A stretch of DNA of 64,000 nt from Penicillus capitatus (GCA_965649825.1 OZ287716.1:175797-239796); one strand, 5' to 3'. Shown: positions 1 to 11,134, numbered from the stretch's first letter. Numbers and translations are program-made. The notes: generated by a model not told the origin, from the letters alone.

Positions 1-497
1 TATTTAAGCGATCTCAGCTGAAGAACTTCGCATCAGTCATCGTCCGTTGTATGGTGGAGTGTTACGACGAAGCACCGTCGAAAAAGCCTTGTCTGCGTAA
101 GAGTATTTGACAAAGGGAAGTTTTCATAAAGGAGATCTTAATAACAACGTCTATGTTTGGATAAGTAAAAAACTCTGTGTACAGTTTGATCTGGCAGCAA
201 CAGACTTTCTTAAGGATCTATCAACGTGCTTCGACACTCGTCACCACTGCCATGCACCACGGCGCCGCCATGCCATTTTCTACGCACCGCCGATCTGCAG
301 AACGACATGAGCTGCTGCAAGATGAGCTGAGCAAACGCTTAGCCCAGGACCTGAAGGCAGCTGCAGTAGATCTTGAAACGAAGGAGATAAACAGAGATCT
401 TGTCCCGTGGTTCGGACTCACGCTGCCTCGTGGGCGCAGATCGACTTCAAAAACGGCGTCTTCGTATAGAAGTGACGTTTGGCTGACGTCATGCTGA
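1..497 (+). CDS. 3' part of an unidentified spliced gene (partial, runs off the window start)
   Basis: Open frames FKRSQLKNF..., DLNNNVYVWISKK... and HELLQDELSKRLAQ...TSC* can be joined through plausible GT..AG introns. No recognisable domain. Confidence 0.3.
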
Positions 498-1227
498 TAT
501 CGCCCGCCATCTATAAAACCCACATCGCCTTTTGCCAGCGTCTTTAGAGAAACGCGATTTTGAATCCACTGCCTGCTCTGTTTTGAAACAACGCAAAAAC
601 CAACAGTGAAGTAAGATGAATGCCTCTGCCGACCAAAAAGAGATTTATGCGCGTGTTGTTCGTTCGTGCAGAGATGGACAGCATGACATCGATGTTCACG
701 TTCCAGCACTTGTGCAACGACGCGTCACAGTTTAGTGACTTTGGCTCGTTTAACGATCGAGACAGCTACTACTCCGACTCGGGCGACGCTGCATCTCGAT
801 ATACACATCACTTTACGCTGACCGTTCCGCACGTCGACCTGGACGACATAGACAAGGCCACTGGCTGGGCTTCAGCTTGAAAGCCCATTGTACAAAGACG
901 TGTCAAGCTTACATCCGGGACGATGTCTCCTCTCTGGACGAAACCCTTTGGCATTTCTTTAAGTGCCAAAATTTTGTTGCTCGAACCCGAGCGCCTGTCT
1001 TTTTGAGTTTTTTCTTCTGCGGTCACTCTCTTATGTAGAGGGAATGAATGAACCGTTGTTGTTGGATACGATTCTGCCTAGAAGCTGGATCTGTTGTTGT
1101 ACGAGTACGATGTTTGATGTCTGTATAAGTCCTGGATGTAAGATGAGAGCATTATTGTCGAATTCTGAGATGACCATCACACATCATCCCTCTCACTCTT
1201 TCCCCCTCCATCATTCCGAATCTAGAG

Positions 1228-4200
1228 TCAGAGTGATGTGACAGGAGCCATGATGACTGCTCTACCTAATAGATCAGCAAAGTCATCTGCCGATGCGAAA
1301 TCTCCCGGGAGGCTGGTCTTGGATGTCTTATGTCTTTTCCTCGATCGCAGAGATTTGCCTTCCCTATAGAACAGACTCAGAACAGAAGGAGAGGGGTTGG
1401 GAATACGAGTCAGATGTGTCGGAAGAAAGGTCAGGAAACTCCTCCGTGGGCAGATCGATGTCCTCTGACATCTCACCTTCATCACTCGTTTCTTCATCTC
1501 CTTTCGACTCCAGATCGTCTGCACAAACCAACACAATATCATTCTGCATCAGAGTGTGGAGGTTGTCCAGTTGCCTTCGTCTGAAGAATCGATGCTGTCT
1601 TCATCTGCCTCCGCTATGTCTTGCATAAGATCAGAATAGTCAAACAGCTCGTTCGGCAGTTTTGTGTTCTCTTCGGTGGCTGATGCAAACATCTCATCCA
1701 GGCCGTCCTCCATGTCCACATCGTCACCCAAATCTAAGCTCTGCAAAGATTCGAGATCGTCGACACTATCATCCTGTTGCAGGAATGATCTCTGCTGATC
1801 GAGACTGTCTTTCTTCTGCGATGCTTTCGATTTCTTAAGATTCTTGGCCGTTTGCCGTGCCTCTCGTGCTTTCTTTACGCTTTGCAGAGTAAAATACTTG
1901 TGGAAAAAGAGATCCTCCTGTATACACACAGACATGTCGTCCGCAGAGGTGTGTCCATGATGATCCATCATCATACCGCTGGGACGTCTCTAGCCGCCAA
2001 AGAATCGAAAGTGGTCGATCCATGGTAAGGAGATGCAAGGGATGTTCCGGGAGTTGTGGGGATCCGTCCGTCAAACTCTGTCTTCGTTTTCGAATCTTTT
2101 CCATTCACAAATTTATCAAGGAATGCAAAAAGAGTGAGCTCCTGCAGAGGATCTCCACGAGAAACGGCGGACTGCGATGAAAGCAGAGATTCTGCCATTG
2201 AATGCACAACTGGATGATAGAAATGTCGTGCTGCACACAGTTCCCACAAACATGTCTGGTCGGCTCCACTATAAATCGGCTCCCTGCGTTCATCGACTGC
2301 ACAGGGACCATTTCTGCATGGTAACGATACCTATGATCAATTCTGTATGGATAGGAGGCCGATGCTGCCGTCGCTTCGCGTTTCTGTGGTGTGTTGATGT
2401 TTGAGTCCTCTGTCAAGTGTGATTGCTCTTCTGGTTGAAGGATGCCACTCTTGAGACCTGGCTTGAACTGATCAGCAGTTCAATGTCAACGCCCAAACTG
2501 TCACATCACATAGGGGAAAGCACCTTCATCAGTTCTGATGTGACCAAGAGGAACGCGCCGTAAAGACGAGGCTCGGCATTGCTGGCAACCTGCAGCAGTC
2601 TTTTCACGAATGCAGCCGCTCTGGAGAGACACGGATCATCTTTGATCGCCTAAGAAGGTCACACATTCAACCATCATCACTCCGATCGTGAAAAGCTCTG
2701 CCTTAAAGAGCGTCGAAATGAAAAGCGGAAGCCGTTTTGAATCTGCCATGTGTGGGTCCAAAATCTTTTCGTACATTGCCCGGTAGAGCCGATCCAGACA
2801 GTTTGCCTTCACTGGCAGAATCTGCGTGAGCAGAGCCATGACTTGTACACTGACACCAAAAGGCGCCACATGAATCATCCGAAACAGTCCCTGGGTGTGT
2901 TTCTCCAACAGATCGCCAAGTATCGAGGCGTCGGCGAACGGAAAGGATCGTCGGATTCCGGAGATCAAAGAACCAAAGATCGTTGCATCCACCTCTGAGC
3001 GTGCCGATGTCTTCTTGTGTTGGTGATGCTGTTTCCGTCGCTTTTTACTCCCAGAAGCAAGTTTCTTATTCTCTTCCTAAAACCACAGCACCTTCTGTTT
3101 GTGAGTCAGCAGATGCGACTCGAGACAGAGTAGACCTGACGCGCAAGGTCGTGTTTGCTGCCGATACTGCCATCCACCATTTGCTGAAAGAGTGTGAAGC
3201 ACATATCTATGTAAGATGTTGCTGTCTTCCTATCTGTCTCGTTGTGTTCATATTCGATCAGATTGAATGTTTGCAAGATGCGATGAATCGAACGAATGGT
3301 CGTCCCAGAGAGATAGACAAACTTCTCAACCTGGATCATCGTCATCTCACACATAATGGCGGCTCATACCGACCCTTTCTCACTTCTCTCAAAACGATGT
3401 GCTTCATACGTGGATGTCGGGCGATGAGTTTTGAAACAAGGAATGCCACTTTTGAACCGACCTTTTTCGACTTGTCTCCAAATTTGTGGATCAGAATCGA
3501 CAGGAGCTGTGCCTCTTGTTCAGGTTTACTGTAGAGCAAATCTGAAACGAGTGAAACGGCTTCGGAACGCAAATGTTCCAGAGGCGCCAGCGATGCCGAT
3601 TCCAAGCACGACACCAGACGGAGGAACTTTTGCTTCAGCCCATCCTCGACAAACCAAAGTATAAGATACTGCTGAGACGTTTCCTGATCTTTTAATAACT
3701 ACAGAAACGCGAAACGATCTCAGAGCAGCAAAAGAGAGCTGAGTTTACATGCAGAGGGCGATCTTCAAAGAACACAAGCTTGCGATCCGGCAAGAGGAAA
3801 CACTTGAAGATTTCTGCCAAAGCTTTGAGTGCATGAATCACGATGTCTCGACTGCCTTTCTGCTTTTCAGCTACACTCAGGAGATAGTCCAGTTCTTGTA
3901 TATTGGGCACAACAGCGTCTCGTATCAGCAATGAGAAGGCCGCAATCTTGTCGACATGTGTTCCTTGTTCTCTTACCTGGTGGATCTCTTAGATCACAGA
4001 ACACAGAGAGGCTGGACATACCTGCAACAGCCATTTGCCCTGTTTCTTGCTGGAATGCATGCGATACTCAAAAGCATCTTTCTCATTTTGACACAGATCG
4101 GAAGCTCTCTGACGTTGTTGTTGAATCTGAACATCGTTGAGGGACAATCCTTGTATGACATCTGGTTTCTCCAGCGAAGGCAATTCCTCCAGAGCCACGT

Positions 4201-4592
4201 GCCAGATGGGAGACATGGATTTTGGAAGAATGGATCGAGCCTTACGAAGCTCTGGGAAATACCATCGGCGAGAATCTCACGTGTATAGAGCACTTGCTTT
4301 TCATCTTCGCTGTTGATTTTTCCTCTGGTCCGCTGAGAATTTCCAACAAGGCGTGCTTATCGTATACATCTGTCTTGACCCCTCTTTTCTTCGGTTGTTT
4401 TCTTTGTATGTTCGTTCGCTGTTTGGGCGGTTTCTCCTGGCGAGATCTCTGCACTTTTTTCTTCTTCTTTTGCTCCGACAGTTTATTGTCGACCGAGTTG
4501 AGATCGATTGGGGGGTGGCCACTGTGTGGAGTGAGCTTCGGAGTGAATCCCAACTGCGACGCCACCTGTGCCACTTCTCGACGCAGATCCAT
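1228..4592 (-). CDS. NOC1: CEBPZ/Mak21/NOC1 ribosome biogenesis protein (CBF/Mak21 family), multi-exon
   Basis: N-term MDLRREVAQVASQLGF; LLYSKPEQEAQLLSILIHKFGDKSKKVGSK...HPRMKHIVLREV; RLYRAMYEKILDP; GDPLQELTLFAFLDKFV; acidic tract; C-terminal FASADDFADLL. All are typical of NOC1/CEBPZ. Confidence 0.9.
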
Positions 4593-4745
4593 AATGCCGC
4601 AAATGAAGACATCTCATCAGTTCCTGTCGATCGTTTTACGTATCGAATCGACGCTTTTGTGCGCGATTTCTTTTCGAAACGATGTTCGGCTTTCAGCCCC
4701 CGTCACAGCAGCCTCCGCCCCAAGTCCGAATCAAGCTGTGTACTC

Positions 4746-5695
4746 ATGCGTCAAGTGACTGGTGTTCAGGAGAACCTGAGGGAAACGGACACATTGACGG
4801 AGCTGTGTCACTTGGCTGAGGCTGTTCTGCCTCTTCCCGAAAACAAAGAATATCGTTTGAGGCGCATCTTTGTGGATATTGACGGCGAGAAACGCGATCT
4901 GAACAGTGTCCCCGTGCTGACGCCTCATGAACATGTCCAAGTCCGACATCAAGCGCAACGTCTCGGTATCGTTTCTGGGAGGTAGTCCAGCCCCCTCAAC
5001 GCCATCATGTTGTGTCGGACTCGTTGATGTGCCCAGTTGGTTACCAACGGCGGCAGTGGGCTTCGATGGCCTTAAGACACGATTTGTCTCTCAACAGAAG
5101 GCGATTAAAGATCAAGACGAGATGATCGCCTCCATGAAGACGAGACTTGAACGCGAGAGCATTTCTTATCGAAAGAATTGCGCGTAGAGACAACCTCTCT
5201 TTGAAAATCGCATAGACACAATGTCATCTGTTGCAGGGATCGATTGCAGAAATGGTCGAAGCTGATGCGACAGACAGAGACGGAACTGCTCGAATTGTTC
5301 AAACTAGCAGAAGAATGCACAACACGACAGGCAATTGACCAGTACACACGATCATCTGCCAATCCTTGCGGATGTGATGTCCTGTACGTATTTTGAACAG
5401 AGGGAAAACGGGAAGCAGCAAGAGCTCTCTCGGCAAAGTGACTGAAGAAGTTCAAGCAGTGCGGCGCCAAATTCAGCATCACAACTTAAAGGCTCGCGTC
5501 TTGGCGGTGGAGCAGGACATGTACATGCATGGAGTCCAGTCAACGGAGACAGGCAGTCGAGAACCTGCGAAAAATGTCGAGGAGAAGAGATTGCTACTCA
5601 GACAGAGCAGAGAAAAGCTCAGACGAGCACAAGGAAAGCTTGAGGAATGTGAGAGAGATGTCAACGTGATAAGGCATGGGGGTTCAATGTCATAA
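4746..5695 (+). CDS. NUP54: Probable nucleoporin Nup54-like coiled-coil protein, multi-exon; start uncertain
   Basis: WLPTAAVGFDGLKTRFVSQQKAIKDQ resembles the Nup54 P..xGF..L..R...Q motif. It is followed by coiled-coil exons and a C-terminal ..CERDVNVI, similar to the Nup54 RD..II end. Confidence 0.5.
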
Positions 5696-5936
5696 TAGAC
5701 GCGACAGCAGCGTCCATCTCGTGCAAGGCTTTGATCATGAAACCCTTTTCGCCTCTGTATAAGGCGTTAATATACAGCGAGGAGCAAAACTCTCGACGTT
5801 TTTTATCTTATGCGCGAGACTTTTCGAATAAAGCGTGTGTTGGTGAGATCCGCATTTTCAAATCTCGATCGCGACAAGACTCGCCGAATAGATCATTGCG
5901 GCAAAGAATTCCGAGCTTGGACAGACAGGAAGATAG

Positions 5937-7016
5937 ATGACTGGAGGACTGGGATCTGTGTCTCGCGGTCTTTATAATGCATGGCGTCAAATCTGGGAAT
6001 CCAGTGCCGTTCTCGATGCTCAGCCTGTTCTAGCGAAGGCGAAAATCCGTTTTGCAAAGACCGTCGCCACTCTCGCTTTTGAATACGGCACACTCAAAGG
6101 TAAAGCGCGACTGTCCCGTCAGGACTTGAGTGTTACAGCGACAAAAGAAGTGCCGGTTACAGTGCCGCCGAATGTGACGAACGAAGAAGAGCATCTGTCA
6201 GAAAGCAAGGTTGCAGTGGTGATTCCTGCTCTGGTGACGAACAAAAAACACTCAGAGAATCTCCATCGCGTCATCGACTGCGTCTACCAGCAGTCCATGA
6301 CACCTTCTCTTGTCATTGTGGTCGATGACGGATCCCCTGTTGCACAGGCATCCATTCTTCGCCATTCATTTCCCCATTTAACTATTATCCGTTCTGAGCA
6401 AAATGAAGGTCCTGCTGCTGCCAGAAACAAAGGATTCAAGGCTGCGCGAAGAGCAAAAATGGACTTTGTTTGCTTCACCGATGCTGATTGTCTGCCAGAA
6501 AAGACATGGGTCGAAAACACGCTGAAGCATTTCGAACAGCACCCATTAGATGATATCATTGGTGGTATCACACGATCGTTCAATGGAAAGAACTATGTGG
6601 AACTGTTTCATGATGCCTTTGGAACGCTCAACGGCCGACTCCTGCCAGACGGTACGCTGCTCTATGCTGCCAGTTGCAATATGGGCGTCCGCCTGAACAC
6701 CGTTGCGGTAGAGTTTAACCCGGTGTTCTCCGAAGCGGCATTCGAAGACATCGATTTCTGTATCAATGCCAGAAAAGCTGGCGCAATTCTAAAGTCAGAC
6801 GAGAGTGTGCGGGTCGTCCACGACTACGATGCGTCTATGGAAGGGCTGATTAAGCAATTCACCCGCTATGGGCGATCTTCTTCTTTGATGCAAAAGCTCC
6901 ACCCATACTATCATTCATGGCTTGCAACGACACAGTCGGTGCCAGTCAAGAAATTCTCTCATGACGACGGGTCAGACTCATCTTGTTCGTTATTGGAGAA
7001 TCGAGGTTGGACTTAG
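5937..7016 (+). CDS. Glycosyltransferase family 2 (GT-A fold), single exon, 359 aa
   Basis: VAVVIPA...VIVVDDGS...GPAAARNKG...VCFTDADC (DxD)...EDIDFC...VVHDY motifs. Confidence 0.88.
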   Translation: MTGGLGSVSRGLYNAWRQIWESSAVLDAQPVLAKAKIRFAKTVATLAFEYGTLKGKARLSRQDLSVTATKEVPVTVPPNVTNEEEHLSESKVAVVIPALVTNKKHSENLHRVIDCVYQQSMTPSLVIVVDDGSPVAQASILRHSFPHLTIIRSEQNEGPAAARNKGFKAARRAKMDFVCFTDADCLPEKTWVENTLKHFEQHPLDDIIGGITRSFNGKNYVELFHDAFGTLNGRLLPDGTLLYAASCNMGVRLNTVAVEFNPVFSEAAFEDIDFCINARKAGAILKSDESVRVVHDYDASMEGLIKQFTRYGRSSSLMQKLHPYYHSWLATTQSVPVKKFSHDDGSDSSCSLLENRGWT

Positions 7017-8019
7017 TAGTCGGAACGGTCTTATGAAATAACAGAACGGGCTGTTTTTTGAAAGGCTCTTTAATCTCTGTATATTTTGAAGCGTTTTTGC
7101 AGACGATAAAGGAAGTAGCAGACATAAATGATCTAGCACGATAAGATGAACGACGTAAACAGAACTGCTTCGAGTTTCCACAGATTCTAGTCAATCACAG
7201 TCAGGGATGTGCAGAATAAAGCGTTGATAGGAGATGCGATGACACGACAGGAGAGCACGCTACATTTCTGTAGTTAGCATCGTAGAGCCGTCGATCATCG
7301 TTTTCCTCATACTGTAAGGACCGAAGATATTGCAAACAGAGGTCTAAGCGCGTCGAGGCCATGAATAGAAACGCATCGGTCGGGTTTTCTTACAGAACGA
7401 GCAGTATATCATTTTATATGTAAACGTCCTGTCATTCGACAGTGACGTCTCTTGATCTAACAGAATTCAGTTTGATCACAGTGGTGGTGTAATGCTCTCT
7501 CATTCGCGAACACACGTCGTCATCTCTGTAAGACAAGATAGGTAGGCGGCGCCATGCTGCATTCTATTCTGTGGAGGCAATCTCCATCTGAGATAAACAC
7601 GCTGGCGGCTAAAAGGTTCCTTAAAAATCGTCTAGTGCATTCGACACAGGGAAGATTACGTGAGGTCTTTGACAGCAGTTCATTCTTACGCCATATCACT
7701 CTTTCCAAAACTAAAACCTCTGATATCACACTTCATTGTGTGTGGCAAAATACGAAAGGTAAAAAGAAAACAGAGAGCTTTGACAGCAGATCTTCTTTCA
7801 GCCTGTTTGCTGGACGCAACTCTACAACTGATAACGGTGTTTTCATCTTGTCTCTGTATCTGTATACTGTGACGTTGTTTAGAGAGGAGATTGTGTAAAG
7901 AATAGCTAACCTGTAGATCACTTCCTTAAAGTGCGATGATGTTGATCTGCGAGGCAGACTCGGATTTGGCGGCTTGTACTAGCTTCAATCCAGAACTGCC
8001 TTCACCGGCAGCCAGGCAT

Positions 8020-8880
8020 TAGGTAAGACGCCCATTGTTGCCTCCACTGTCAGCCAGAGCGGTCGGATGGCCTCCAGTGACGGCCAGAGCGGTCGCCAGA
8101 CAAAGAACTAGGCACCCACGGCGAATTCCCGCGGGCGCCAGACTGAGGTTTAGGCGCCCACGACAGCCTCCAATAGCCGCCAGACTTAGGGCTAGGCGCC
8201 CATGACGGACTCCAGCGGAAGCCAGAATGAGGACTATGCGCCACGACGGCCTCTTTTGGCCGTCAGATGTCAGGTAGGACGCCGCCACGACGGCCTTTGG
8301 TCGCTGAGAAGGCCTCCAGTAGCAGCATGAGAGCAGGATGCCGCCACGACGGCCTCTCTTGGACGCCAGATGTCGGTCAGAGATCATCGCTGACGGCCTC
8401 TTTTGGCCGTCAGACGTCAGGTAGGACGCCGCCACGACGGCCTTTGGTCGGTGAGAAGGCCTCCAGTAGCAGCGTGAGAGCAGGATGCCGCCACGACGGC
8501 CTCTCTTGGACGCCAGATGTCGGTCAGAGATCATCTCTGACGGCCTCTTTTGGCCGTCAGACGTCAGGTAGGACGCCGCCACGACGGCCTTTGGTCGCTG
8601 AGAAGGCCTCCAGTAGCAGCGTGAGAGCAGGATGCCGCCACGACGGCCTCTCTTGGCCGCCAGATGTCGGTCAGAGATCATCTCTGACGGCCTCTTTTGG
8701 CCGTCAGACGTCAGGTAGGACGCCGCCACGACGGCCTTTGGTCGCTGAGAAGGCCTCCAGTAGCAGCGGGAGATTGAGTAGGACGCCCATGGCGGCCTTT
8801 GCGCCGCCGCCAGACGTCAGGTAGGACGCCCATGGCTGCATCCAGTGTCGGCCAGATCGGTAAGTAGAACCCCCATGATG
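8020..8880. repeat. Array R1: ~42-bp GACGGC-N8-GCCGCCAGA monomers, containing a 147-bp higher-order repeat (x4)
   Basis: CAGGTAGGAC recurs at 8271, 8418, 8565 and 8712. A perfect inverted repeat TGACGGCC-TCTTTT-GGCCGTCA lies at 8391-8412. Confidence 0.9.
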
Positions 8881-8924
8881 CAATTTTCTCTCCAATCACA
8901 GCGTGACCATAATCAGATTATGTA

Positions 8925-9610
8925 GGTCGGTCTCGACAGCCTCAGCTTCAGCAGCAGCAACACATCAGACAGCTATTCCAGGTCGGCCTCCATAGACTCA
9001 GCAGCAGCAACACATCAGACAGGTAATCCAGGTCGGCCTCGACAGCCTCGGCAGCAGCAACACATCAGACAGCTATTCCAGGTCGGTTTTGGCATCCTCG
9101 GCAGCAGCAACACATCAGACAGGTAATCCAGGTCGACCTCCATAGACTCAGCAGCAGCAACACATCAGACAGGTAATCCAGGTCGGCCTCGACAGCCTCG
9201 GCAGCAGCAACACATCAGACAGGTAATCCAGGTCGACCTCCATAGACTCAGCAGCAGCAACACATCAGACAGGTAATCCAGGTCGGCCTCGACAGCCTCG
9301 GCAGCAGCAACACATCAGACAGGTAATCCAGGTCGGTTTTGGCATCCTCGGCAGCAGCAACACATCAGACAGGTAATCCAGGTCGACCTCCATAGACTCA
9401 GCAGCAGCAACACATCAGACAGGTAATCCAGGTCGACCTCCATAGACTCAGCAGCAGCAACACATCAGACAGGTAATCCAGGTCGGCCTCGACAGCCTCG
9501 GCAGCAGCAACACATCAGACAGGTAATCCAGGTCGGTATCGGCAGCCTCGGCAGCAGCAACACATCAGACAGCTATTCCAGGTCGGTCTCGACAGCCTCA
9601 GCAGCAGTAT
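8925..9610. repeat. 50-bp minisatellite (~13 copies)
   Basis: Unit AGGTAATCCAGGTCGACCTCCATAGACTCAGCAGCAGCAACACATCAGAC, with variants at the 3' part of the unit. Confidence 0.95.
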
Positions 9611-9810
9611 CATTATCAAACAGGTAAAAAACACGCCAGCCTCCTTAGAGCAAAACAGCAGATTTAGCACAGCCTCCATGAAAAAACACAGCAAATGGTC
9701 TTCTACACCCTCTATGCAAAAGCCAGCCAACACAGAGCCAACCACAACAAAGCGATGGTGGAATGGCAGAAAGCATCACAAGAAAATAAAGTCCCTTTTT
9801 TATTTTTTTT

Positions 9811-9831
9811 TGTCACACTTTTAGTGTGACA
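9811..9831 (-). terminator. Conserved 3' stem-loop of gene X1, embedded in A-tracts
   Basis: TGTCACAC-TTTTA-GTGTGACA perfect 8-bp stem about 95 nt past the stop codon. On the minus strand it is followed by an A-run containing AATAAA. Function inferred. Confidence 0.5.
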
Positions 9832-9924
9832 TTTTTTTGTTTTTTTGTTTTTAAATTTTCTTTGCTCAAAGAAAACAGCTTGAAAAAACTCAGAAGATCT
9901 GGATCTGCCCCCACCCTATTTGTC

Positions 9925-11134
9925 CTAGTTCTGGATAGAAACCTACACAAAAACATTAGGTATAAGAGAGAAAAGAAGGAAATTGACTTACGCATTGTCC
10001 CGACATAAAAAATAGTCGTTGCGGGATGACCGGCGGACAAATCTGTACACATTGGCCCGACAGAAAATACGGACGTGGATGGAATCCACCCGATCTGACA
10101 GAAAAGATAAAGGGACGGGGAGGAATGGGAGGTGGCTGATTAAGAGAGAAGAGGGATGTCCGTATAGGAAAGGGAGGCGGACGCGCAGGCAGGGAGAAAA
10201 GTAAGGGACGAGAGGGGATTAAGGGCGGAGGCGATGCAGGAATACAAAATACACTAGGCCGTTGGGGAAACAAGGAAGAGTGGACAGGTTGGCAGGAGGC
10301 AGGAGACTGGACAGGCTGCGGAAAGGGAAGAGGGGACCATTCCATACGGGGAGACTGGGAGGCTGGCGACTGTGGCGTCTGGGGAAAAGAAGAAGCAGAC
10401 CACTCCATGTGTGGCAGCTGAGAGGCTAGCGACTCCGGCGACTGCGACTCCTGCGGGACAGAAAGAGGAACAGACTGGGAGGCAGGCTGCTGGACAGGGT
10501 AAGAGAAGGCAGGCTGGCCAGAAGCAGGCTGCGAGACTGGTGTCGGCGCGGCAGGCTGCGTGGCCGCCGGAGGCCCGGTCGGCTGAGAGGATGACGGCGG
10601 CGATGGTGGACGCGCGGGAGGCGGCTGAGCAGCAGGCTGGCCCTCTTGGGCCAACCGCGCTTGCCTCTCCGCGGCCGAAAGGACCCTTGCCCTCCGCCCG
10701 GGCCGAGGCTGTGCGCGTTGGTCCCTATTGGGACCAAAGCGCACAGGAGGGGTCTGAGCAGCCACGTGCTCCTGACCCCTCAGTGCGGTCGATTGGGCCT
10801 TGAGGTCCCAATACAACCGCACCCTCGCGGCCTCGTCCAGGCCCACGAAGGCCCTGGGTGGATGATTGCCCAGGACCTCCCCTAAGGTCACCTGGGCGAA
10901 GCTACAGAACACACAAAGGTTAGACAACCCTAGAAGAACAGGGCGGCAGCGCATTGTCGGTAACGTGTAACCGCCATCGTCTGGACGGCAGCCAGACGCT
11001 TCCATGTGCTCAGCAAGCTCCAGGATGCAGTCGAAGAGCTCTGTAGCGCGCGGCGCGTCGAAGCATGGGTAGAGGACTCACGGTTTGCCCGGGTAGCCGT
11101 AATCGTCCTCAGAATTCATGTGTGCGTCAGACAT
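9925..11134 (-). CDS. Orphan Pro-rich protein 'gene X' copy 1 (~326 aa). Exons 11134-11082, 10901-9992, 9942-9925
   Basis: Spliced product MSDAHMNSEDDYGYPGKP-FAQVTLGEVLG...SGQC-VSIQN*. GTGAGT and GTAAGT donors and TAG acceptors are in matching phase and at the same positions in all three copies. Confidence 0.8.

Noticed and set aside
600-1200. Small ORFs on both strands (620-880 +, 808-1026 -, 221-709 -)
   Set aside because: I could not assemble a consistent gene model or recognise a domain.
7016-8020. tRNA/ncRNA search in intergenic stretches (also 33640-34500, 35300-36070)
   Set aside because: No cloverleaf, box A/B or snRNA motif was recognisable by eye.
8019-8899. Long ORFs across arrays R1-R3 on both strands (e.g. 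8019-8729, 8267-8824, 17505-17936, 29866-30583)
   Set aside because: Expected by-products of GC-rich tandem repeats. They are open in several frames at once and have no splice or homology support.
9811-9831. Helitron 3' end or CACTA terminus at the hairpin
   Set aside because: No CTRR follows the hairpin at the expected distance. The CACTAAAAG string occurs only in copy 1. No Rep/helicase or transposase is in the window.
10372-10885. Plus-strand ORFs antisense to gene X (also 19687-20755, 31597-32161)
   Set aside because: Shadow frames of a GC-rich Pro/Ala/Gln exon. The conserved splice sites, TATA box and frame preservation are all on the minus strand.
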